Positions 20,120 to 30,601 are shown, counted from the stretch's first letter. The stretch is DNA of 64,000 bases from an uncultured delta proteobacterium (GCA_963794325.1 CAWCDG010000004.1:1344001-1408000), one strand, 5' to 3'. A program made the numbers and translations. Notes: a model not told the origin generated them from the letters alone.

Positions 20120-22900
20120 ATGGGTGGATCGGCTGCTAGCGTTGATAAGACCGAACTGAGCACGGCCGCGGTCGCCAGCGTAAAGAGAGTTACGCAACGC
20201 TATGGTAAGGCGATCGCGCTCGATGAGATCAGCCTCGACTTCCCCTCGCAGAAGATGATCGGCCTAATCGGCCCTGACGGGGTAGGTAAGTCTACTCTTC
20301 TGGGAATCATCGCCGGCGTTCGGAAACTACAAGCCGGGACGGTCGAGGTGCTGGGCGGCAATATATCGGACGCGCGTTTCCGCAATTCAGTGTCCGCGCG
20401 AATCGCATATCTCCCTCAAGGGCTCGGTAAGAACCTCTATCCAACTCTATCGATCTTCGAGAACGTGGATTTCTTCGGACGGCTGTTCGGGCAATCGCGC
20501 GAGGAACGGGAATGGCGAATCAAGGATTTACTTGCCAGTACTGACCTGACGCCATTCCGCGATCGTCCTGCCGGCAAGCTATCAGGCGGGATGAAGCAGA
20601 AGCTGGGCCTTTGTTGTTCGCTGATTCACGATCCCGATCTGCTTATCCTTGACGAGCCGACAACCGGAGTTGACCCGCTCGCGCGTCGACAATTCTGGGA
20701 ACTGATCGACCGCATTCGCGTCCGCCGCACCAGCATGAGCGTGATGGTCGCCACCGCCTACATGGACGAGGCGGAACGGTTCGATTGGCTGGTCGCGATG
20801 AATGCCGGCAAGGTGTTGGCGACCGGCACCGCCGATGAACTAAAGAACGAGACCAACGAGAAGACGCTTGAACAGGCCTTCATTCGGCTGCTTCCAGAGG
20901 AATCACGCCGAGGACACAAGGAGCCTGTGATTACTCCCCGCCAATCCAGCGGTGGGCCTCCGGCGATCGAAGCCCACGGCCTCACGCAACAATTCGGCAG
21001 TTTTACTGCAGTCGATCACGTGAACTTCCGCATCGAGCAGGGCGAGATTTTCGGATTCCTCGGTTCCAACGGCTGCGGCAAAACTACAACGATGAAAATG
21101 CTCACTGGGCTGCTGCCGCCGACTGAAGGTACGGCGCTGCTGTTCGGTAAGCCGGTGAAAGGCGGCGACGTGGAGTCGCGCCGACGTGTAGGCTTCATGA
21201 CGCAAGCCTTTTCGCTCTACACCGAATTGACGGTGCGCCAGAACCTTGTGCTGCACGCCCGGCTTTTCGATCTTCCCGAAGAGGCAGGACGAAAGCGCGT
21301 CGCCGACTTGCTCGCGCTTTTCCAGCTTGAGCCTGTCGCCGACACTCTGACCGAAAGCCTGCCTTTGGGCATCCGTCAGCGGCTTTCTCTTGCCGTCGCG
21401 GTAATCCATGAACCTGAAATGCTCATTCTCGACGAACCGACTTCAGGCGTCGACCCTGTAGCGCGCGATGGATTTTGGGAACTGCTCATTAAACTCTCGC
21501 GCGAGAATGGTGTGACGATCTTTCTTTCCACTCACTTCATGAACGAGGCGGAGCGATGCGATCGCATGTCGATGATGCACGCGGGAAAAGTCCTTGCTCA
21601 GGGACCGCCCGCCAGCCTGGTCGAAGAAAGAAAGGCGAAGAACCTCGAGGACGCCTTTATCGGTTACCTTGAGGAAGCTGCTGAAAAATCCAAAGCAGCA
21701 TCCACAGCAGCGGCTCCGTCGGCTGCGGCAACCGAAATCGAAGCGGCTCCTGCTCATGTCGACGAAGCCCCGAGCCGATTCAGCCTTGGTCGGGTGTGGG
21801 CCTTCACGCGCCGAGAAGCAGTCGAACTGCAACACGACTCGGTCCGACTGGCATTCGCGGTGCTCGGTCCGATTCTACTGATGATCGTCTTTGGTTACGG
21901 CATCTCGCTCGACGTAGACCATCTTCCTTTTGCAGTGTTGGATGCCGACGGAACTCGAGCAAGCCGTGACTATGTCGATAGCTTCCGCGGCTCCTATTAC
22001 TTCGTCGAGAACTCTCCCATACCCAACTACTCCGAACTCGATCGGCGGCTGCGAAACGGCGAACTACGTCTCGCTCTCGAACTGCCTCCGGGGTTTCAGA
22101 AGGATTTGCAGCGCGGCCGGCAGCCGGACGTGAACGTCTATATCGATGCGGCTCAGCCATTTCGGGCCGAGACAGCGCGTGGCTATGTAGAAAGTGTCCA
22201 TGACCAGTACCAGACCAGGTTACGCGAGTCGAAAGGACTTCCCCCGCCTTCCAAGCCGATAAAAGTCGAAGCACGCGCGCTTTACAATCAGGCGTTCAAA
22301 AGCATTTACGCGATGGTACCCGGCGACATCATGCTCCTTCTCATCCTGATTCCCAGCATGCTCACGGCTCTCAGCGTTGTTCGCGAAAAGGAACTCGGGT
22401 CAATCGCGAACTTTTATGCCGCTCCAGCAACCAGGCTGGAATTTCTTGCGGGCAAGCAGCTGCCCTACATTGGCGTGGCGCTGGTTCAGTTCGCGACTTT
22501 GGTCGCGTTGGCAATCTTGCTATTCCGTGTCCCCTTAAAGGGAAGCTGGGAGACGCTCGTCCTCGGCGGAGTGATCTATGTACTGGCCACCACAGGTTTT
22601 GGTCTGCTGATTTCGGTGTTCGCTCCTACGCAAACGGCAGCAATCTTTGCCGCCGCGATAATAACCATTCTTCCGGCAGTGCAGTTCTCTGGAATGTTTG
22701 TTCCGGTATCGTCGCTGAAAGGGGGAGCATGGTTCGCAGCGAGGATCTTCCCGAGCACCTACTTCCAGGCGATCAGTGTCGGGACGTTTACCAAGGCTCT
22801 GGGTTTTTCGTCTTTGTGGCGAGATATAGCCGCTCTTGCAGTTCTCGCCCTCATTTACTTCGGCACGTCCGTCTCGTTGCTGAAAAAGCAGGAGAACTAG
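20120..22900 (+). CDS. rbbA: Ribosome-associated ATPase / ABC transporter RbbA (two ABC domains + permease)
   Basis: GPDGVGKS and GSNGCGKT Walker A motifs, YLPQGLGKNLYPTLS, C-terminal ABC-2 membrane domain. Confidence 0.9.
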   Translation: MGGSAASVDKTELSTAAVASVKRVTQRYGKAIALDEISLDFPSQKMIGLIGPDGVGKSTLLGIIAGVRKLQAGTVEVLGGNISDARFRNSVSARIAYLPQGLGKNLYPTLSIFENVDFFGRLFGQSREEREWRIKDLLASTDLTPFRDRPAGKLSGGMKQKLGLCCSLIHDPDLLILDEPTTGVDPLARRQFWELIDRIRVRRTSMSVMVATAYMDEAERFDWLVAMNAGKVLATGTADELKNETNEKTLEQAFIRLLPEESRRGHKEPVITPRQSSGGPPAIEAHGLTQQFGSFTAVDHVNFRIEQGEIFGFLGSNGCGKTTTMKMLTGLLPPTEGTALLFGKPVKGGDVESRRRVGFMTQAFSLYTELTVRQNLVLHARLFDLPEEAGRKRVADLLALFQLEPVADTLTESLPLGIRQRLSLAVAVIHEPEMLILDEPTSGVDPVARDGFWELLIKLSRENGVTIFLSTHFMNEAERCDRMSMMHAGKVLAQGPPASLVEERKAKNLEDAFIGYLEEAAEKSKAASTAAAPSAAATEIEAAPAHVDEAPSRFSLGRVWAFTRREAVELQHDSVRLAFAVLGPILLMIVFGYGISLDVDHLPFAVLDADGTRASRDYVDSFRGSYYFVENSPIPNYSELDRRLRNGELRLALELPPGFQKDLQRGRQPDVNVYIDAAQPFRAETARGYVESVHDQYQTRLRESKGLPPPSKPIKVEARALYNQAFKSIYAMVPGDIMLLLILIPSMLTALSVVREKELGSIANFYAAPATRLEFLAGKQLPYIGVALVQFATLVALAILLFRVPLKGSWETLVLGGVIYVLATTGFGLLISVFAPTQTAAIFAAAIITILPAVQFSGMFVPVSSLKGGAWFAARIFPSTYFQAISVGTFTKALGFSSLWRDIAALAVLALIYFGTSVSLLKKQEN

Positions 22901-22903
22901 GCG

Positions 22904-24031
22904 TTGCGGCATCTCCGGCACATCTTTCAGCTTGGCATCAAGGAGCTGCTCAGCCTTGCTCGCGATCCGGTCCTGCTCTTTCTGATCGCTTACTCGTTTA
23001 CCTTCTCTGTTTACACGCCTGCGAAGAGCGCTGTCATGGATGTAATAAATGCCTCCGTCGCAGTCGTGGACGAAGATCATTCGACTGTCTCCCGGCAGAT
23101 ACGGGACTCACTGTTGCCGCCGCTGTTTCTCCCCGCGGCCGTCATACCGTTTGGCGAGATCAACCGTGTAATGGACGAGGGAAAATATACGTTCGTTATC
23201 GATATTCCGCCCAAGTTTCAGCACGACCTCACTAAGGGCGCAACACCTACCGTCGAAGTTATCACCGACGCGACCGCTATGAGCCAAGCGGGCAGGGGTC
23301 CTTCATATATTCAGAAAATCATCACCGCGGAAGCTGAGCCTTTCTGGGCCGGCAAGGGAAAGCGCGAAAATCAGGATCTGGTTCGGCTGGTGACCCGGGC
23401 GCGATTTAACCCAAACATGCAACAAAGCTGGTTTGTGGCGATCAACCAGATCATAAACAACATTTCCGTACTTGCAATTTTTCTTACGGGTGCCGCAGTC
23501 CTTCGTGAGCGCGAACATGGAACGATTGAGCATCTGCTGGTTATGCCTTTGAGCCCCTACGAGCTGATGTTCGCCAAGATTTGGGCCAATGGACTCGTCG
23601 TAGTTGTGGCCGTGATGGTTTCGCTTTTCCTGGTTGTAAAAGTAGCGATCGGAGTTCCTATCGCGGGTTCAATTCCACTCTTCATCGGCGGCCTCATCAT
23701 TTATCTGTTTTCGGTCACAGCCCTCGGCGTCATGCTCGCAACCCTTGTTCGTTCCATGCCGCAATTCGGACTGTTAGCCTTTCCGGTTTTCATCGTCATG
23801 AGCCTCCTATCGGGTGGCCAGACGCCTCTCGAAAGCATGCCGATTGCGCTGCAAAAGTTCATGCAGTTTGTACCCTCGACACACTTCGTCAGTTTCTCTC
23901 AGGCGGTACTGTTCAGGAACGCGACTCCGGCGATGGTTTGGCCCGACATGACCAAGATGCTTTTGATCGGCGCCGCCTACACCATGTTCACGCTTTCGAG
24001 GTTCCGTAAGATGCTTGCGGCAATCCAATAG
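22904..24031 (+). CDS. ABC-2 permease (YhhJ-like)
   Basis: LGIKEL, REREHGTIEHLLVMP; follows rbbA. Confidence 0.88.
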   Translation: MRHLRHIFQLGIKELLSLARDPVLLFLIAYSFTFSVYTPAKSAVMDVINASVAVVDEDHSTVSRQIRDSLLPPLFLPAAVIPFGEINRVMDEGKYTFVIDIPPKFQHDLTKGATPTVEVITDATAMSQAGRGPSYIQKIITAEAEPFWAGKGKRENQDLVRLVTRARFNPNMQQSWFVAINQIINNISVLAIFLTGAAVLREREHGTIEHLLVMPLSPYELMFAKIWANGLVVVVAVMVSLFLVVKVAIGVPIAGSIPLFIGGLIIYLFSVTALGVMLATLVRSMPQFGLLAFPVFIVMSLLSGGQTPLESMPIALQKFMQFVPSTHFVSFSQAVLFRNATPAMVWPDMTKMLLIGAAYTMFTLSRFRKMLAAIQ

Positions 24032-24040
24032 GGGTTTTCG

Positions 24041-25531
24041 GTGAATAAGCGCTCGTCAACAAGGTCTATAAGTCTGAGCTCAGTCGTGATTCTATCCGCC
24101 CTCCTGCTTCTGACGGGGTGCTCGCCGACAGCCGAACCCAAGGGTTTCTGGGGTAAACTATGGAAAATCGAAGTTGGACCCGACTACAAGCGACCTGATG
24201 CGGCGCCAGTACAAGAGTTTCGCTCTCAGATTGGTCCTGCCGAGAACGCGTCGCTGGCTGATTTGCCATGGTGGAGCGTCTTTAAGGACCCGCAGCTCCA
24301 GCAGCTGGTTGTTGAAGCCCTTGCACGCAACTACGACCTGCAGCTTGCAGTCGCTCGAGTTGATCAGGCTCGCTCGCTAGTCTGGGTAGCCGCCTCCCCG
24401 TTCTATCCACAAGCGGGCTATCAGGCGTTCGCCGGACGCGAGAGGATCTTCTTGCCTGTGGAAAACGGGAACGGCAATCTGACTTACAATGCTTTTGGTG
24501 CCCTGCTCAACGCGACCTGGGAGATAGATGTATGGGGCCGTATCCGACGGTCGACTGAAGCGGCACGCGCGAATTTGTTCGCTCAGGAAGATGTACGGCG
24601 CGGCGTGATGCTGACCCTGGTGAGCGACGTAGCCACTGGCTATTTCGGGCTATTGGAGCTGGATCGGGAGCTCGCTATTGCTCAAGAGAGCTCAACAACC
24701 TACAAAGAGACGCTTGATCTGTTCACGCAGCGCTTTCAGTTCGGCAGGGACAGCAAGCTACCGGTGGAGCGTGCGCAGGCCGCCTACGATTCGAGTATTG
24801 CCAACGTCGCGGCTTTGAAACGCGCGATCGCTCTGCAGGAAAATGCCCTCAGCATCCTTCTCGGCGCCTATCCGAAAGAAATCGAACGAGGGATCGAGTT
24901 GACCGGACAATCTGTGCCCGACTCCCCGCTCGGCTTGACTACCGATTTGCTTCAGCGGCGCCCCGATATCATGCAGGCCGAACAAACCATGATTGGCGCA
25001 AACGCCGAGATCGGTGTGGCAGTGGCCAACTTCTTCCCTCGCATAGGATTGACCGCCCTTTACGGCGGCCAGAGCGCGAACATCGGCGACGTTTTCGAAT
25101 CAAGTTTCAGTATCTGGAACATCGCCGGAGGATTTGCCGGCCCTCTTTTCCAGGGTGGCCGATTGATCGAAAGCTACTACGCGCAGCAGGCTTTCTGGAA
25201 CGGAACAATTGCTCAATACCAGCAAACGATTCTGGTCGCATTTCAGGAAGTATCGGATGCGCTGGTCGCAGAACAGACACTGGTCGATCAGCGCGCCGCT
25301 CTTGCGCATCAGGTCGGCGCGCTAAAAGAATCTGTCGACCTATCACTACTGCGTTACCGAGCGGGCCGGGCGAGCTATTTCGAGGTTCTGGAAGCTGAAC
25401 AGTTGCTATTCCCGACCGAAGATGCACTTGCGCAAACGCAGCGTGATCAACTCCTTGCGTTTGTCAACCTCTACAAGGCGCTCGGCGGAGGATGGAACCT
25501 GAGCGACGTACAGTGGAGCCACCACGGTTAG
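24041..25531 (+). CDS. Outer-membrane efflux lipoprotein (NodT/TolC family)
   Basis: Lipobox LTGC, LLQRRPDI, LYKALGGGW. Confidence 0.92.
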   Translation: MNKRSSTRSISLSSVVILSALLLLTGCSPTAEPKGFWGKLWKIEVGPDYKRPDAAPVQEFRSQIGPAENASLADLPWWSVFKDPQLQQLVVEALARNYDLQLAVARVDQARSLVWVAASPFYPQAGYQAFAGRERIFLPVENGNGNLTYNAFGALLNATWEIDVWGRIRRSTEAARANLFAQEDVRRGVMLTLVSDVATGYFGLLELDRELAIAQESSTTYKETLDLFTQRFQFGRDSKLPVERAQAAYDSSIANVAALKRAIALQENALSILLGAYPKEIERGIELTGQSVPDSPLGLTTDLLQRRPDIMQAEQTMIGANAEIGVAVANFFPRIGLTALYGGQSANIGDVFESSFSIWNIAGGFAGPLFQGGRLIESYYAQQAFWNGTIAQYQQTILVAFQEVSDALVAEQTLVDQRAALAHQVGALKESVDLSLLRYRAGRASYFEVLEAEQLLFPTEDALAQTQRDQLLAFVNLYKALGGGWNLSDVQWSHHG

Positions 25532-25570
25532 CCACTATAGCCGCACGCGGTTTTCGATAGGAGTTAGCAA

Positions 25571-26416
25571 TTGGAAGATAATCCCAAAGATAAACGCTCG
25601 AAACAACTGCGCGCGGCTGCTTCTTCGAACCTACCCAAGAAGCTGAAACGCAAAGATTTCGAAAAGCATCTTGCGAAACTCCAGGCCGAGCTCGTGAAAC
25701 TACAGCACTGGGTCCAGCATAAAAAGCTGAAGGTCGTGGTGATTTTCGAAGGTCGCGATGCCGCCGGTAAGGGCGGCGTCATCAAGCGAATCACCGAAAG
25801 AGTCAGTCCTAGAGTCTTTCGACTCGTTGCACTTCCAGCACCTACAGAGCGCGAAAAGTCTCAGATGTACGTTCAGCGATACATTCGGCACATGCCGGCC
25901 GGAGGAGAGGTAGTCATCTTCGATCGTAGTTGGTACAACCGCGCGGGCGTGGAGAGAGTGATGGGGTTTTGCAGCGAAAATGATGTAACTCGCTTTCTTG
26001 AAATGTGTCCCACCTGGGAACGCACGATGATAGAGAATGGGATCATCCTTATAAAGTATTGGTTCGAAGTGAGCCAAAAGGAACAGACTAAACGTTTTCT
26101 GGGTCGTATCAACGACGGTCGGAAGGTATGGAAGCTCAGTCCTATGGACCTGGAATCTCACCGCCGATGGTACGATTACTCACGAGCAAGGGACGCCATG
26201 CTACTTGCCACGGATACTCCGTTCGCGCCGTGGTACATAGTCAACGCCGATGACAAAAAGCGCGCGCGTATTAACTGTATATCGCACCTCCTGAGTCTGA
26301 TCCCTTACGAGAACGTCAAGCAGACGCCAGTAGAGCTTCCTAAGAGACAAAAGCCGCAGGGCTATGCAGAACCTAAGAATCGTCGGTACAACATTGTGCC
26401 GGAAGCGTTGAAATAG
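25571..26416 (+). CDS. ppk2: Polyphosphate kinase 2
   Basis: FEGRDAAGKGG, FDRSWYNR, WKLSPMD; AGGAG RBS before TTG. Confidence 0.95.
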   Translation: MEDNPKDKRSKQLRAAASSNLPKKLKRKDFEKHLAKLQAELVKLQHWVQHKKLKVVVIFEGRDAAGKGGVIKRITERVSPRVFRLVALPAPTEREKSQMYVQRYIRHMPAGGEVVIFDRSWYNRAGVERVMGFCSENDVTRFLEMCPTWERTMIENGIILIKYWFEVSQKEQTKRFLGRINDGRKVWKLSPMDLESHRRWYDYSRARDAMLLATDTPFAPWYIVNADDKKRARINCISHLLSLIPYENVKQTPVELPKRQKPQGYAEPKNRRYNIVPEALK

Positions 26417-26441
26417 GACAGTCATTCCAAAGGAGAAAAGC

Positions 26442-27053
26442 ATGACAGCGCGTAGAATTCTGTGGGTCTTGAGTTTGGTGATACTCGGATTTGCCATGAA
26501 CCCAGCGATGCCTTTGGCGCGGGCCCAGGCAACTGCACCCGCACCCGCTTCAGCTGGTGACGCCGAAAGTCTACGCGCGGCTACTGTCTTAACGATTCAT
26601 GGAACAGTAACCGCCGTCGACAAAGCCCAGAAGTTGGTGACCGTTCAAGTCCTTAGTGGCGAAAAATATACTCTGAAGGTAGATAACCCGGTCAACCTGG
26701 ATGCAGCTAGCGTAGGGACGGGGGTCGTCGTGCGTTACTATGAAGCGGTTACGGTCCGGAAAAAGAAGGCTGGCGAGTCTCTGCCGGCTTTATCGGTAAG
26801 CGGCGGTGTTGTGACCGCAAAGGCGGGCGGAGCTCCTGGCGCTGTGGCCGAGGAGCATTTGAAAGCGGTTGTTTCAGTGGTACAAGTAGACAAAGCAAAC
26901 GGAACGGTAACGATAAAAGGAGCGGATGGATCGGTCGAAACCGCGAAGGCGAATAATCCGAAAGTGCTGTCCCACCTGAAAGCCGGTGACGATCTGGTCA
27001 TTACTGCCTCGCGCGCGACCGCGATTTCCTTGGACAAGGAAGCCGGGAAGTAA
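26442..27053 (+). CDS. Secreted hypothetical protein with two OB-fold-like repeats
   Basis: Signal peptide; duplicated VTAVDKAQKLVTV / VVQVDKANGTVTI pattern; AGGAG RBS. Confidence 0.7.
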   Translation: MTARRILWVLSLVILGFAMNPAMPLARAQATAPAPASAGDAESLRAATVLTIHGTVTAVDKAQKLVTVQVLSGEKYTLKVDNPVNLDAASVGTGVVVRYYEAVTVRKKKAGESLPALSVSGGVVTAKAGGAPGAVAEEHLKAVVSVVQVDKANGTVTIKGADGSVETAKANNPKVLSHLKAGDDLVITASRATAISLDKEAGK

Positions 27054-27065
27054 GCTTGCTGACAG

Positions 27066-27100
27066 GGCCTTCGAACTGATCCAAAAACAGTTCGAAGGCC
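27066..27100. terminator. Bidirectional hairpin GGCCTTCGAACTG-N9-CAGTTCGAAGGCC
   Basis: 13-bp perfect stem between convergent genes. Confidence 0.65.
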
Positions 27101-27164
27101 GCACAGGTTTTGAGGATTCGCGCGACATCCCGAACGGGCCGGAACAGTAAAAGACGTTCTAGGC

Positions 27165-27734
27165 TTAGGGCGTGATCCTCGTGATCTTTGAGCCCTCGAT
27201 GCCGATTCCACCCATCAGGCCCGACTGTCCGTAGATGAAAGCATAGACATCCGACCGCATGCTAGTGGTAGTCAGCGATCGCGCCATCCCTTCGTCAACC
27301 ACGACTAGACTTGGTCCGGTACCTATAGCCCAGCCTCCACTCTTATTGAGGTACTCCACTGCTGAATCCGTCATGAAGAACAGCGCATATGCAAACTTCT
27401 TCACGCCGCCCTGAAAACCATACGAGGCGGCGCTGGTGCGGTAGTATGCCGCTGTCTGTGAACCTTTACGAAGAGCGCCGTACCCATATTGGGCCCCTAC
27501 TATAAAGGCGCCTTTTCGTATGTCGGGAAAGACGAGTATTGCTTTTGCTTTCGCACCGAGCGCTCTTGCCGCGTCGTTTTGAGAATATAGTTGGTTCAGT
27601 GAAGCTGTTACTTTTCCATCGATTTCAGACGCACTTGGACCACTCAGCAGCCCCTGCGCAAACGCCCCGCTACCAAATAACACGCCGGCTAGAATTTGAA
27701 CCAGGATAGCAGTCGCCAATCGTTTCATTATCAT
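27165..27734 (-). CDS. YSC84/SYLF lipid-binding domain protein, secreted
   Basis: AKAILVFP, GFQGG, GLMGGIGIEGSKITRI. Confidence 0.8.
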   Translation of the reverse strand: MIMKRLATAILVQILAGVLFGSGAFAQGLLSGPSASEIDGKVTASLNQLYSQNDAARALGAKAKAILVFPDIRKGAFIVGAQYGYGALRKGSQTAAYYRTSAASYGFQGGVKKFAYALFFMTDSAVEYLNKSGGWAIGTGPSLVVVDEGMARSLTTTSMRSDVYAFIYGQSGLMGGIGIEGSKITRITP

Positions 27735-27789
27735 CTCGTCCTCCAAAGATCGATTCAACGGAATTGTGACTTACCGGTATGCAACCTGG

Positions 27790-27809
27790 AATCAGACCTT
27801 GGTCCGATA
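27790..27809. promoter_or_regulatory. Copy of island palindrome AATCAGAC-CTTG-GTCCGATA between the divergent SYLF and DUF3300 genes
   Basis: Motif match. Confidence 0.65.
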
Positions 27810-27913
27810 GAAACCCTCTTCGTATTTCGGCAAATATCGCGCTGAGCATTGATGCAGAACAGCCTTACTTCGCCCGAGCGCGGGGCTGAAATGACGGAAG
27901 GACAATTGACTCC

Positions 27914-29569
27914 ATGAAAAAGGCGATGACGATCAGCTCTTTGTTCGCTCAGCACCGGCGTACTCCAGGAATCAGACTACTAGGCAGGCGCGAAGGCCGG
28001 TCTTTACCATTGATACTTGCAGTCGCGGTAATAGCGTCCACGACACCGATGCTGACTGGTTACTCGTTCGGCGCAGATCAACCTGCTTCTGTTTCGGCTG
28101 AACCCGGACCGCCTCCCGGGGCTGCTACCCCGAAAGAACTGGAGGAGCTGGTCTCGCCGATCGCACTATATCCTGACTTATTGGTCGCCCGAATCCTGGT
28201 GGCTTCGACCTATCCAGATCAAGTCGTGGAAGCCCATAAGTGGCTGCAGGAGAACTCGAAGCTTCCGCACGAACAACTGGCCGCTCAGGTGAATGCACAA
28301 CCTTGGGACCCCAGCATCAAGTCGTTGGCACAGTTCTCTCCGGTTCTACAAACGATGAGCGACAGCTTGGCATGGACTTCGGCGCTCGGCGAAGCATACT
28401 ACAACCAGCCTGACGACGTTATGGCGGCGATCCAGGCATTGCGCAGTCGAGCTGTGGAGGCTGGGACCCTGAAGAGCACCGCACAACAAAAAGTGGAAGT
28501 TCAACCCGCGCCGCCACCTGTAGCATCGGAAGGTGAGGCACAACCCGCTGCACAGCAACAAACAGTGATCATTCAGCCCGCTCAACAAGACGTTGTGTAT
28601 GCGCCCCAATATGACCCCGCGACAGCCTACGGAGCTCCGGTGGCGGCACCCGTGGGATATACCGGGACCGAAGTGTTGGCGACTGGGTTGCTGGCGTTTG
28701 GAACCGGGATGGCTCTCGGTGCGCTGTTCAATGAGGATGACGATGACTGGGACTGCGGTTGGTCAGATGGCGGCGGCGGTTCGGTTCACTACAACAACAA
28801 TGTCTACGTATCCAATTCGCCGGTCCCACCACGCGGCAACGGCAACTATCCAGCAAGACCTCCGGCTGCAAACCGTCCGGGTGGAGTAGGCGGGGCGGGC
28901 GGTGTGGGCGGTGTGGGCCGCCCTGGTGGAGTTGGCGGCGCGGGCGGAGTCGGCAGGCCGGGCGGAGTCGGCGGGGCAGGTGGAGTTGGCAGGCCGGGCG
29001 GTGTCGGCGGGGCGGGTGGTGTCGGTAGACCAGGGGGAGTTGGCAGGCCAGGCGGTGCCGGGGGTGTAGCGGGAGTTGGAGGGCGACCTCCTTCTGTCGG
29101 CGGGCCATCTACTCGGCCATACAATCCCAGCACGGCGAGGAAGTACGCGGCAAATAATCCGAACATAGCGAAACCTACCTTCCCGAAGGCGGACGCCCTT
29201 CCGAACAGTTCCGCGCTTGGCAATTCGCAGCGGAATCCGGGGCAAAATCGGCCGGCCCAAGCATCGACGCGTCCAGCGCAGCCGGCCAATCGGATGGCAT
29301 CCAACGGACCGGCGACTGCGAATCGCGCCAACAATCAGCAGCGAGGATTTGGTGGCGGAGCGGATACGAGAGGCGGACGCAATGGTGCATTTGGTGGCTA
29401 TCAACCTGGAGGACGAACTCAAGCCTCGAGCAACCGGGGAAGGTCTAGCTTGGGCGGAGGCGGATTCGGTGGCCGCGGCGGAGGAGGCGGCGGCGGCCGA
29501 GGTGGCGGTGGTGGCCGAGGTGGTCGAGGCGGTGGTGGCGGCGGCGGAGGCGGCGGGCGACGACGCTAG
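27914..29569 (+). CDS. DUF3300 domain protein with Gly/Arg-rich tail
   Basis: LVSPIALYPD, WDPSIKSL, VMAAIQALR; start uncertain. Confidence 0.85.
   Translation: MKKAMTISSLFAQHRRTPGIRLLGRREGRSLPLILAVAVIASTTPMLTGYSFGADQPASVSAEPGPPPGAATPKELEELVSPIALYPDLLVARILVASTYPDQVVEAHKWLQENSKLPHEQLAAQVNAQPWDPSIKSLAQFSPVLQTMSDSLAWTSALGEAYYNQPDDVMAAIQALRSRAVEAGTLKSTAQQKVEVQPAPPPVASEGEAQPAAQQQTVIIQPAQQDVVYAPQYDPATAYGAPVAAPVGYTGTEVLATGLLAFGTGMALGALFNEDDDDWDCGWSDGGGGSVHYNNNVYVSNSPVPPRGNGNYPARPPAANRPGGVGGAGGVGGVGRPGGVGGAGGVGRPGGVGGAGGVGRPGGVGGAGGVGRPGGVGRPGGAGGVAGVGGRPPSVGGPSTRPYNPSTARKYAANNPNIAKPTFPKADALPNSSALGNSQRNPGQNRPAQASTRPAQPANRMASNGPATANRANNQQRGFGGGADTRGGRNGAFGGYQPGGRTQASSNRGRSSLGGGGFGGRGGGGGGGRGGGGGRGGRGGGGGGGGGGRRR
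28873..29085 (+). repeat. Coding tandem repeat (RPGGVGGAGGVG)n in the DUF3300 tail
   Basis: About five imperfect 36-nt units. Confidence 0.85.
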
Positions 29570-29647
29570 TTGGCGATTCGGTCCGCTCCTGAGGATCCTT
29601 CGCAATCGGAACGTGTTAAAGGAACCGCGAACCAACAGAGATTAACG

Positions 29648-30601
29648 ATGCTCAAGATCATGAATTCTACTATGGCCAACAGATACAGACATATAGGTGC
29701 GATCGCGGCGCTCGCTTGCAGCTTCCTGGCTCTCTCAAGCGCGGCAGCCAAGTCGGCTGAGCAGCAAGTGTTTCCATCTGGGGCGGCAGCAGCGAAGGCC
29801 CTTGTCGCGGCGGCACGTACGGACGATATGAGCGCTCTTTCTTCGATTCTAGGCCCGGACGCAAAAGAGATCCTCTCATCGGGCGATCCGGTTGCCGACA
29901 ACAATGCGCGAGACACTATTGTTGAAAAGTACGGTGAGATGCATCGGTTTGCTTATGATGAGAAAGGTCGAGTGATCTTGTATCTCGGAGCCGACAACTG
30001 GCCTTTCCCGATTCCGCTGGTGAAGAAGGGCGATGGATGGGTATACGACACGGCAGCCGGTAAAAGGGAGCTACTCTACCGTCGGATTGGACGCAACGAG
30101 CTCTTTACTATCGATGTCCTGGCAGACCTTGCTGAGGCGCAAGAGGAATACGCAAGCGAGACCCAAGATGACGGGGGCGTCAAACAATTTGCCCAGAAGA
30201 TCCAGAGCGACCCGGGCAAACACAATGGCTTATATTGGCCGGTTAGCTCCGGCGAAGATGTGAGTCCGATCGGACCTCTGATGGCGGATGCTACTGGAGA
30301 GGGCTACAAGACGGGGGCAGCTTCGCCAATTCCTTTTCACGGCTACTACTACAGAATCCTCACCCGCCAGGGTAAAACTGCTCCGGGTGGTGCTAAAGAC
30401 TATCTTGTGGATGGAAAAATGACGCAAGGCTTTGCCTTCATTGCCTATCCAGCCAACTACCGCGCGTCAGGCGTCATGACATTTATGATCAATCAGGACG
30501 GCGTTATCGTTCAGAAAGACCTTGGCACAGACACAGCCAAGGTGGTCAACGGAATAACCGAATACAATCCCGACGCGACGTGGGACGAAGTGGACGATTA
30601 A
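29648..30601 (+). CDS. DUF2950 domain protein
   Basis: WPFPIPLVK, RRIGRNE, FHGYYYRIL, SGVMTF; usual partner of DUF3300. Confidence 0.87.
   Translation: MLKIMNSTMANRYRHIGAIAALACSFLALSSAAAKSAEQQVFPSGAAAAKALVAAARTDDMSALSSILGPDAKEILSSGDPVADNNARDTIVEKYGEMHRFAYDEKGRVILYLGADNWPFPIPLVKKGDGWVYDTAAGKRELLYRRIGRNELFTIDVLADLAEAQEEYASETQDDGGVKQFAQKIQSDPGKHNGLYWPVSSGEDVSPIGPLMADATGEGYKTGAASPIPFHGYYYRILTRQGKTAPGGAKDYLVDGKMTQGFAFIAYPANYRASGVMTFMINQDGVIVQKDLGTDTAKVVNGITEYNPDATWDEVDD

Noticed and set aside
28873-29085. Periodic DNA that could suggest a CRISPR array
   Set aside because: In-frame coding repeat without unique spacers; no cas genes
28763-29645. Several long overlapping ORFs across the DUF3300 tail
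   Set aside because: Shadow frames of a GC-rich repeat lacking stops; no RBS or family signal
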